From Nitrospira sp. (GTDB lineage Bacteria > Nitrospirota > Nitrospiria > Nitrospirales > Nitrospiraceae): a stretch of 64,000 bases of DNA. Under the pieces are notes generated by a model. It searched no databases. It was not told the DNA's origin and worked only from the letters and a program-made list of their open reading frames with translations. Shown here piece by piece: positions 56,686 to 64,000 of the stretch. Position 1 is the stretch's first letter; every line of letters begins with the position of its first letter. The translations under genes were made by a program, and so were the position numbers. The DNA is taken from contig AP038806.1 in NCBI GenBank assembly GCA_047150005.1, positions 2,656,001 through 2,720,000 on the forward strand. The letters run 5' to 3'.

Positions 56686-57555
56686 ATGCCACGACTCGCG
56701 CTCCTGCTGACGACCCTGATATGGGGCGCGACATTCCCGGCGACGAAAGCGGCGCTGGAGCAGATTCCCCCGTTGTCGTTTCTCTTCCTTCGATTTCTCC
56801 TGGGCACGCTGCTGGTCGCGGTGTGGTTTGCGGCCGTGGGCCATGGGCTGCGACGTGAACGGGGCATCATGCGCGCCGCCGCCATCGCCACCCTGTTTCT
56901 GTTCCTCGGCTACGTCTTCCAGACCGTCGGGTTGCAGTATACCAGCGCGTCCAACAGCGCGTTCCTGACGGCCTTGTATGTGATCATGGTGCCGTTGATT
57001 CTCCGGCGATTCGATCGACGGGTGATCCTGGCCGCTTCCGTCGCCACCGTCGGATTGTGGCTTCTGGTCAAACCGAGCACGACGATGAGCCCGGGGGATC
57101 TCATGACCCTGGCCTGCGCAGCGGCCTTCGCGGCCCATATTGTGTGCCTCGAACGATTCACCCGCCGGTTCGATGCACCGTCGCTCCTGTTCTGGCAGAT
57201 GACGGCGATGACGCTGCTCCTCTTGCCCACGATGTGGTGGGAGCGGGCTTCTCCCCAGGCCTTCGCACCGACCTCCGTGTTGCTGATTGGACTGGGAGTG
57301 ACCGGTGTATTGGCGACCGGTGCCTTTGCCGTGCAGATGTGGGCGCAACAGTTGATTCCCGCGCAACAGGTGGCGCTGGTGTTTGCTTCGGAGCCGGCCT
57401 ATGCCGCCTGGCTCGCCTGGTATTTTTTGGGAGAGACGCTGGATGCTCGAGGATGGCTCGGCAGCGGTCTGATCCTGCTGGCGGTCGTGGTGGGGGCGCT
57501 GGCGTCGGGGGCGACCGCCGACGCGGAGCGCGGTCGGGCCGGCGCGGCTGCGTAA
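56686..57555 (+). CDS. EamA/DMT-family transporter
   Basis: IWGATF, RF, QTVGLQYTSASNSAFL, GD, EP; about 10 TM. Confidence 0.9.
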   Translation: MPRLALLLTTLIWGATFPATKAALEQIPPLSFLFLRFLLGTLLVAVWFAAVGHGLRRERGIMRAAAIATLFLFLGYVFQTVGLQYTSASNSAFLTALYVIMVPLILRRFDRRVILAASVATVGLWLLVKPSTTMSPGDLMTLACAAAFAAHIVCLERFTRRFDAPSLLFWQMTAMTLLLLPTMWWERASPQAFAPTSVLLIGLGVTGVLATGAFAVQMWAQQLIPAQQVALVFASEPAYAAWLAWYFLGETLDARGWLGSGLILLAVVVGALASGATADAERGRAGAAA

Positions 57556-57564
57556 GGAGGGACG

Positions 57565-58035
57565 ATGGCGCAGAAGTTTGGCAACGGGCGCTGGGTACGG
57601 GAAGGGTTTCTCGACAACCGGATCGAAGGGACCGTCGTCGGACGGATCGTGCTGGCCGCTGTGGGACCCGTGGACGTGTTTCTGAGAGGAAATTTCAAGG
57701 CCGATATCGCCGGGGAAATGATCGAGTTCCGCAATCGGCGCTTCGAGGAGGACGACACGGCTGCGCAGGTCATCGGCGACATGGAGAATCCGCAGATCGG
57801 TACGGTCAACCTGATTTCATTCGATCCGCATCCCAACCTCGCCCCGCATCCGTACGTCGAATGGTTTTCGGGCCGGTCGAATCACTACCGCTTCGAACTG
57901 GATCCGGATGACGCATGGGTGGTGGCGGAGGAGAGACGCGCTGCGATCGACGGGCAGAGCCGGGAGATCCGGGAAGCGTTGGCCGATCGTGTCGTCGACC
58001 GGCCGCGCTCCCACGAAGAGTCCGAATGGATCTAG
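57565..58035 (+). CDS. Conserved hypothetical protein
   Basis: AGGAGG RBS; codon style matches neighbours. Confidence 0.75.
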   Translation: MAQKFGNGRWVREGFLDNRIEGTVVGRIVLAAVGPVDVFLRGNFKADIAGEMIEFRNRRFEEDDTAAQVIGDMENPQIGTVNLISFDPHPNLAPHPYVEWFSGRSNHYRFELDPDDAWVVAEERRAAIDGQSREIREALADRVVDRPRSHEESEWI

Positions 58036-58051
58036 CGAAGAGGAAGTCTGG

Positions 58052-59026
58052 TCAAACGGCGAGCGCTTCCTGCTTGCTCTTTTGCTCGCGCACGTAGATC
58101 GGGACTTCCTTGATGTCCCAGACCAACCCGAGCCATTCCATCACCTTCAAGCCGTAATAGGTGATGTCGATTTCCCACCAGTAGAATCCCTGCCTCGTCG
58201 AAGCGGGATAGTAGTGATGGTTGTTGTGCCATCCTTCGCCGAGCGTGATCAGCGCCAGAATGAAGTTGTTGCGGCTGTCGTCACCGGTTTCGTAGCGCTG
58301 CGAGCCGTAGACGTGGGACAGAGAGTTGATCGTACAGGTTCCGTGGACTAACGCCACCGTCGAAACGAAGAACCCCCAGATCAACATCTGGGGCCCGTTC
58401 GTTCCCAGTTCCGGCGCGTAGATTTCGAGCAACTTGCCCAGGCCGAACATCCCGAATCCCGCGATGGTCGGCACGAGAATGTCGAATCGATCGAGGAAGC
58501 GCAGCTCGGGAAACTTTGCAAAGTCGGCGATCGCCTTCAGGCGCGGAGGAAAATGCGTCTGTGAAGTGAACCATCCCATGTGCGACCACAGAAAGCCTCC
58601 GTGACGCGGAGAATGGACGTCGTCTTTCGTGTCGGAGGCGATGTGATGATGGCGATGGTGCCCTGCCCACCAGAGCGGTCCGCGCTGGGCACAGGATCCG
58701 CCCAAGACCGCGAAGGCAAACTGGCAAGCCCGGGTCGTCTTGAACGAGCGGTGGGAAAAGTACCGGTGATACCAGCCCGTGATCGCGAACATCCGGACGA
58801 AATAAAAGGCGGCAGCGACCGCCACGGCGATCCAGCTGACTCCCACCCAGATCACACCCAGACACATCAGATGGACGGCAATGAGAGGGATGCAACGGAA
58901 CCAGTCCATCTTCGGGGTCCCGTCCGTCTTTATATACTCAAGCCCGGCCCACGAATCGAACCAGCGAAGAAACGTCAACCAGAGGTGCTGGGCCTTGGTC
59001 GGGCGCAAGATGCGAACGTCGGACAT
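58052..59026 (-). CDS. Acyl-CoA / acyl-lipid delta-9 fatty acid desaturase
   Basis: His boxes HRYFSH, HRHHH, GEGWHNNHH; WWEID; GGAGG RBS. Confidence 0.92.
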   Translation of the reverse strand: MSDVRILRPTKAQHLWLTFLRWFDSWAGLEYIKTDGTPKMDWFRCIPLIAVHLMCLGVIWVGVSWIAVAVAAAFYFVRMFAITGWYHRYFSHRSFKTTRACQFAFAVLGGSCAQRGPLWWAGHHRHHHIASDTKDDVHSPRHGGFLWSHMGWFTSQTHFPPRLKAIADFAKFPELRFLDRFDILVPTIAGFGMFGLGKLLEIYAPELGTNGPQMLIWGFFVSTVALVHGTCTINSLSHVYGSQRYETGDDSRNNFILALITLGEGWHNNHHYYPASTRQGFYWWEIDITYYGLKVMEWLGLVWDIKEVPIYVREQKSKQEALAV

Positions 59027-59376
59027 TCGAGTACCTCCAGCTAAGTCCGACAGAGAATCTGCCGGACACACACAACATCCCGTATGGCTCAATTGAACCG
59101 CGGCAGCTGTTGGCGAATCACAAGGCAGGCCGCAGAAACCGGGTCACGAGGAAGCTCCACATACCGCTTTCTCGAACCCTCTCAATGACGGGAACACATT
59201 ATACATGTAATGCAGTGCAAATGGTACCTGGCAATTCGTGCCTCACCCACACCTGTAAGTCATTCTACTTGAATGGGATTTCCTGTCCACTAATCCGCCG
59301 AACCGTCGCCGCTTGCCGTGGGCCGTGTGCCGAGATGGAGTGCGGCGGTCTTGTGTCCGGTCCGGCGCGATGCCAT

Positions 59377-59406
59377 TTGACACGTTCCGCAGGCCCCTCC
59401 TAGAAT
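59377..59406 (+). promoter_or_regulatory. Sigma-70 promoter of the hem operon
   Basis: TTGACA-N18-TAGAAT, 13 nt before ATG 59420. Confidence 0.7.
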
Positions 59407-59419
59407 GCCGCACACGACT

Positions 59420-60445
59420 ATGAACGATCGATTTCTCAAAGCCTGCCGGCGCGAGCCGGTCGATTGCACCCCCGTCTGGTTCATGCGGCAAGCGGGGCGC
59501 TACATGGCCGAATATCGGTCGCTTCGGGCGAAGCATTCCATGCTCGAGCTCTGTAAGATCCCCGAGCTGGCGGCGCAGGTGACGCTGCAACCGATCGAGC
59601 GCTTTCCTCTCGATGCCGCGATCATTTTCGCCGATATCCTGCTGCCGCTCGAAGCGATGGGGCTGCACCTGGAATTTGCCGAAGGGGAAGGCCCGATCAT
59701 CCATAACCCGGTGCGGGAACGGGCGGATGTCGAGCGCCTGCGGGTCATCGAGGGCGAGGAGCTGGAATACGTGGCCGAAGCCATCCGGCAGGCGCGGCAA
59801 GCCTTGCGCGGCAGGGTGCCGCTGATCGGATTTGCGGGAGCTCCGTTCACCTTGGCGAGCTATGCGATCGAGGGAGGGGGATCGCGCAACTATGTCCTGA
59901 CGAAGTCGATCATGTATCGGGAACCGGATGTCTGGCACAAGCTGATGGACAAGCTGGCCCGTGTGGTGACGGGCTACCTTCGCCGTCAGATCAAGGCGGG
60001 TGCTCAGGCCGTCCAGCTGTTCGACAGCTGGGTGGGCTGTCTCTCGGCCGGTGATTATACGGAGTACGTGCTCCCCCATGTGCAGCTGATTTTCGAGGGG
60101 CTGAAACGCGAAGGCGTTCCCATGATCCATTTCGGAACTGGAACGACCGCTATTTTGAAGCACATGCGGGAGGCGGGCGGCGATGTCATCGGCGTGGATT
60201 GGCGCATACCGCTGGACGAGGCCTGGTCTCTGATCGGCCATGACCGGGCCGTGCAGGGGAACCTGGACCCTGTCGCCTTGTACGGTCCCCTCAGCGAGAT
60301 CGAGCGGCGGGTGGAGGATATCCTGCGCCGTGCGGGAGGCCGCAACGGCCATATTTTCAATTTGGGCCACGGTATCCTGCCGACGACGCCGGTCGAACAC
60401 GTCGAAGCCGCCGTCAACATGGTCCACAAACTGAGTATGAGATAG
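59420..60445 (+). CDS. hemE: Uroporphyrinogen decarboxylase
   Basis: PVWFMRQAGRY, DAAIIFADIL, GAPFTLASY, QLFDSW, QGNLDP, FNLGHG. Confidence 0.96.
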   Translation: MNDRFLKACRREPVDCTPVWFMRQAGRYMAEYRSLRAKHSMLELCKIPELAAQVTLQPIERFPLDAAIIFADILLPLEAMGLHLEFAEGEGPIIHNPVRERADVERLRVIEGEELEYVAEAIRQARQALRGRVPLIGFAGAPFTLASYAIEGGGSRNYVLTKSIMYREPDVWHKLMDKLARVVTGYLRRQIKAGAQAVQLFDSWVGCLSAGDYTEYVLPHVQLIFEGLKREGVPMIHFGTGTTAILKHMREAGGDVIGVDWRIPLDEAWSLIGHDRAVQGNLDPVALYGPLSEIERRVEDILRRAGGRNGHIFNLGHGILPTTPVEHVEAAVNMVHKLSMR

Positions 60446-60535
60446 GGCCCGCGGCATTCCGAGATAGACGGATGACCGGCGAGGTACAGCGGCCGGGTGG
60501 TCCGCTCCGCCAGAGAACGAGACGAAGAGGGGATC

Positions 60536-61483
60536 GTGAGCGGCGCGCAACGTCCTATCGCCGTGTTGTTGATGGCGATGGGTGGACCCGACAAGCTGGA
60601 ACACGTAGAGCCGTTCTTGCTTGACGTGCGCGGAGGGCGTCCCACGCCGCCAGAATTGGTCGAAGAGATCCGCGAGCGCTATCGAGCCACCGGCGGCAAA
60701 TCTCCCGCGGTCGGCATCACGCAGGCAGTGGCGGCCAAGCTCGAACGGCGGTTGAACGAGTCGCGCGGTCCCTATCGTGTATACGTCGGGCTGCGCCACT
60801 GGCACCCCTTCATTCGAGAAACCTACGCGGAATTGCTGCGCGAGGAGCCGGAGCGCATCATCGGTCTCTGCATGGCGCCGCAGCAATCTTTGCTGAGCAC
60901 CGGAGCCTATCGCAAGAAGGTGGAGGAAGCCCGGGTTACTCTGGGAGGCAGCTGTCCCGTGAGCTATGTGGGCAGCTGGCATCGGCACCCCCGCCTCGTC
61001 AACGCCATCGCGGATCATATTCGGCAGGCTCTGCAGCTGTTTCCCCCTGAAGCGAGGTCCACGACTCCCGTGCTGTTCACGGCGCACAGTCTGCCAGAAC
61101 GGATCGTCGCGATGAACGATCCGTACCCGGAGGAAGTCCGGGGCACCATGGAGGCCGTAACCGCGCGGCTGGGTGGTCAGCCGACCTGCTTTGCCTATCA
61201 AAGCCAGGGCAGGTCTGGAGAAAAATGGTTGGGGCCGACGGTCGAATCCATGATCCATGACTTGAGCGGGGCCGGCCATCGGCAGGTGCTGGTCGCGCCG
61301 ATCGGTTTCCTGTGCGACCACGTCGAAACCCTGTACGACATCGACATCGAACTGAGACGGTTGGCCGCCGGTCTCGGCCTGCGTCTCGAGCGCATACCCA
61401 TGCTCAACGACTCGCCGGCACTGGTAGAGACGCTGATGGACGTGCTGGCGGCTCATGAATCTTCGCTGACGCTCACGTCGTGA
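60536..61483 (+). CDS. hemH: Ferrochelatase (possibly coproporphyrin type)
   Basis: LMAMGGP, GGKSP, FTAHSLP, YQS, WLGP, GFLCDHVETLYDID. Confidence 0.93.
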   Translation: MSGAQRPIAVLLMAMGGPDKLEHVEPFLLDVRGGRPTPPELVEEIRERYRATGGKSPAVGITQAVAAKLERRLNESRGPYRVYVGLRHWHPFIRETYAELLREEPERIIGLCMAPQQSLLSTGAYRKKVEEARVTLGGSCPVSYVGSWHRHPRLVNAIADHIRQALQLFPPEARSTTPVLFTAHSLPERIVAMNDPYPEEVRGTMEAVTARLGGQPTCFAYQSQGRSGEKWLGPTVESMIHDLSGAGHRQVLVAPIGFLCDHVETLYDIDIELRRLAAGLGLRLERIPMLNDSPALVETLMDVLAAHESSLTLTS

Positions 61484-62943
61484 CCGCGCCCAAGACCGTC
61501 GCCATCGTCGGGGGAGGTATCGCGGGGCTGGCCGCCGCGTTTGCTCTCTTGGAGCGCTCGGCGCAGGGAAGCATGCCGATTGCCTGCACGGTCCTTGAGC
61601 GCAGCCCGTCTTGGGGCGGGAAGATCGTGACTCACCGGATCGGTGACTTGGTCACGGAAGCCGGCCCCGACTCGTTTCTGTCTCAAAAACCCGCCGGTCT
61701 GCAGCTCATCGACAAGCTCGGTCTCACCGATCAGTTGATCGACACCAATAAGACGGCGACGAAAGCCTGTGTGTATTCGCACGGCCGCCTTCGCGAACTG
61801 CCGGAGGGGCTGGTGGTCATCGCTCCCGGCCAAATCAGACCGTTTCTCCGAAGCGGTCTGCTGAGCCCCGCCGGACTGCTTCGCATGGGGACGGACATCA
61901 TTCTGCCGGCCAGACGTGTGCCGGAAGACGAATCCCTCGCCTCTTTCTTCCGTCGTCGATTCGGCCGTCAGGCGTTCGAACGGATGATGGAGCCGCTGAT
62001 GGCCGGCATCTATGCCGGAGACGCCGAACAGTTGAGCATCAAGGCCACGTTCCCGCGGTTTCCTGAACTCGAGCGGACACACGGCAGCGTCATCCGCGGC
62101 ATGCTCGCGACGAGGGCCGACGCGTCCGGCACGCAGGCGGCCGGACGGAAGCGGACGATGTTTGTGAGCCTCAAGAACGGATTGGAAGATCTCGTCACTG
62201 CGCTTCGCCGGTCGTTGACGGATCGGGGCGTGATATTGCGAAGCGGCACGTCCGTGGAATCGCTTCGAGTGCGATCCCATGAGCTGGGCCGGTGGACCTA
62301 CGATGTGATGTTGAGCGGAGGAGGGGCGCTGTCGGTCGACGGGCTGATCTTAGCGACTCCCGCGTTCATTTCAGCGGAGTTGCTCCGGCCGTTGACACCG
62401 ATCGCGGGTGGCCTGCTGGAAAGGATTCCCTACGCCTCGACGGCGACCGTCGCGATGGCGTATCCTGCGACCGCGGTGGGGCAGCACGTGCAGGGCTTCG
62501 GCTTCGTCGTGCCGCGCGTCGAGCAGCGTGATCTGATTGCGGCGACATGGACGTCGTTGAAATGGCCCCAGCGCGCCCCGGCCGACCAGGTGCTGGTCCG
62601 TTGTTATCTCGGAGGCGTGGGGCGGGAAGCGGTACTGGAGCTGGACGATCAATCGCTGATCGCTCGGGTTCGCGCCGAATTACAGCACATCTGCGGACTC
62701 GCCGCCGAGCCGACCTATGTCGAGGTCAATCGCTGGACCAAGGCGATGCCGCAATATGTGCTCGGACATCTGGAGCGCCTCGAGCAGATCGAGGCGGCGC
62801 TCAGCCGGTTCGGCGGGCTGGTGCTGACCGGCTCCGCGTACCGGGGGGTTGGTATTCCCGACTGCATCCGCGACGGGTCGATGGCGGCCGATCGCGTCGT
62901 CCGATATCTGTCAGGAGAGCGAGTAAGAGGTGGGGAGACGTGA
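61480..62943 (+). CDS. hemY: HemY-type proto-/coproporphyrinogen oxidase
   Basis: GGGIAGL, EAGPDSFL, GIYAGD, GFGFVVP, RW..AMPQY, GVGIPDCI. Confidence 0.92.
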   Translation: MTAPKTVAIVGGGIAGLAAAFALLERSAQGSMPIACTVLERSPSWGGKIVTHRIGDLVTEAGPDSFLSQKPAGLQLIDKLGLTDQLIDTNKTATKACVYSHGRLRELPEGLVVIAPGQIRPFLRSGLLSPAGLLRMGTDIILPARRVPEDESLASFFRRRFGRQAFERMMEPLMAGIYAGDAEQLSIKATFPRFPELERTHGSVIRGMLATRADASGTQAAGRKRTMFVSLKNGLEDLVTALRRSLTDRGVILRSGTSVESLRVRSHELGRWTYDVMLSGGGALSVDGLILATPAFISAELLRPLTPIAGGLLERIPYASTATVAMAYPATAVGQHVQGFGFVVPRVEQRDLIAATWTSLKWPQRAPADQVLVRCYLGGVGREAVLELDDQSLIARVRAELQHICGLAAEPTYVEVNRWTKAMPQYVLGHLERLEQIEAALSRFGGLVLTGSAYRGVGIPDCIRDGSMAADRVVRYLSGERVRGGET

Positions 62944-62948
62944 AAACC

Positions 62949-63362
62949 ATGGCGACGGATAACAAATTGACCGTACTCGAGGTCAACGGCCCGTTTCGTG
63001 AGCCGAGAGAGCCGGTGTTCTCGTATGACTATGCGGTCCAGCGGGCATCATGGAGCATGCCGCATGCGGTGCGTGTCAAGGTCGCCATCGCCGAAGAGTT
63101 GGACGTCATCAAGGGCCGATTGCTCGGCCAGGTCACCGGCACGCCCGGTCAGCAGCTTCTGATCACACGAGCGCTGTCGCGGCGGATCGCCGACGAAAAG
63201 CTCAAGATCGCGGAAGCCGAAGGCACCTTGTCGGATCGACGCGACGTCATCATCGAGCCGTTCACCGGGCCGCAGGCGCATCTTTTCGCCAAGCTGGATG
63301 ACTGGCTCGACCGTGAAGGCCAGGCCTTGTTGGCCGAAGTGAAGAAGCGTGCCAACGTCTGA
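62949..63362 (+). CDS. Hypothetical protein at the end of the hem operon
   Basis: Adjacent to the hemY stop; GGGGAG upstream; GTG at 62940 is an alternative start. Confidence 0.7.
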   Translation: MATDNKLTVLEVNGPFREPREPVFSYDYAVQRASWSMPHAVRVKVAIAEELDVIKGRLLGQVTGTPGQQLLITRALSRRIADEKLKIAEAEGTLSDRRDVIIEPFTGPQAHLFAKLDDWLDREGQALLAEVKKRANV

Positions 63363-63364
63363 GA

Positions 63365-63982
63365 TCAGAAGATTTTTCGATAGTGCTTAGAATGGACGCC
63401 CGATTCGTCGGAGAAGCCGACGGAGCCGCTGTCGGGGGCGCCCGTATTGTGGAGATCGATGCGGTAGTGACCCCTGATCTCCTCCATGGCCACCTCGAAC
63501 GGGACCGCATCCGGATAGAGTCCCCCCGGGGCATGCGCGCCGCGCGTGAGTGTTTTGATGACGTCCGCTTTGGCGTACTTGGCGTCGGAGGTCACGTAAA
63601 TGTCGGCCACGGCATGGTCGCCCAGCTTGTGGCCCGGCGTCGTGGCCGGGATCAGATCCGACAATGAGCCCGCGAGACGTTCCTTTCTGAGTCGCTTCAA
63701 CAAGCCCACGACCTGACTTTCGGTGGCCTGTGCAGGGACGACCAGGCTGACGGCGTTCATGTCGGGCACCGTAGCCTCGACCTTGAAGATGACCGCCGCG
63801 GCTTCCGGATCCTCGATCATCGGCATGGCCGGTCCTTCGGTGCCGGCTGCCTGCTTGTTCTTGGAACTCGGCACAATCAGCGCCACGAACAGCCACAAGC
63901 CGAGCAGGACGCTGAACACCACGACGAGCGGATGGACGCCCGCCCGCTTGCCTTCTTCGTATGGTTCCGGCTGATCGCTCAT
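63365..63982 (-). CDS. Hypothetical membrane-anchored protein
   Basis: One N-terminal TM and a soluble domain; convergent with the hem operon. Confidence 0.7.
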   Translation of the reverse strand: MSDQPEPYEEGKRAGVHPLVVVFSVLLGLWLFVALIVPSSKNKQAAGTEGPAMPMIEDPEAAAVIFKVEATVPDMNAVSLVVPAQATESQVVGLLKRLRKERLAGSLSDLIPATTPGHKLGDHAVADIYVTSDAKYAKADVIKTLTRGAHAPGGLYPDAVPFEVAMEEIRGHYRIDLHNTGAPDSGSVGFSDESGVHSKHYRKIF

Positions 63983-64000
63983 GCAGGACCGTCCTGGGCG

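Noticed and set aside
59243..61456. 737-aa antisense ORF, and similar long shadows such as 32654-34648 and 51366-52745
   Set aside because: Antisense to well-conserved genes; expected from high-GC codon bias
1..64000. Prophage, IS, integron, tRNA or rRNA genes
   Set aside because: No integrase, transposase or phage motifs and no recognisable structural-RNA signatures by eye; a covariance-model scan would be needed to exclude small RNAs

Overview
A gene-dense, GC-rich bacterial chromosome segment of about 60 genes. Gene content and style suggest Nitrospira or a related Nitrospirota; this is an inference, not a database match. The window is mostly core and envelope genes: YdbH-YnbE-YdbL, tRNA nucleotidyltransferase, a long Lhr helicase, an Aas-type MFS/acyltransferase/synthetase, a membrane-anchored MutS-domain-V protein, prmA, thiD/tenA, sthA, tpx, a two-subunit biotin-dependent carboxylase, a desaturase and hemE-hemH-hemY. 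I found no rRNA, tRNA, CRISPR array, transposase or phage genes, and no clearly new multi-gene system. The most distinctive signals are: (1) a family of period-7 composite repeats, three inserted in-frame inside lhr, one at the aas/amidohydrolase junction and two forming intergenic inverted repeats; (2) a scar where a SnoaL/DUF1348 gene sits between a truncated ECF sigma factor and a DUF2330 3' remnant; (3) an internally deleted, frameshifted YdjM-family pseudogene; (4) small genes missed by the ORF track, and two apparent non-canonical starts (CTG, ATT); (5) a lipoprotein Tpx with no resolving Cys; (6) two sigma-54 promoters and several probable leaderless transcripts. All family assignments are by motif recognition only.
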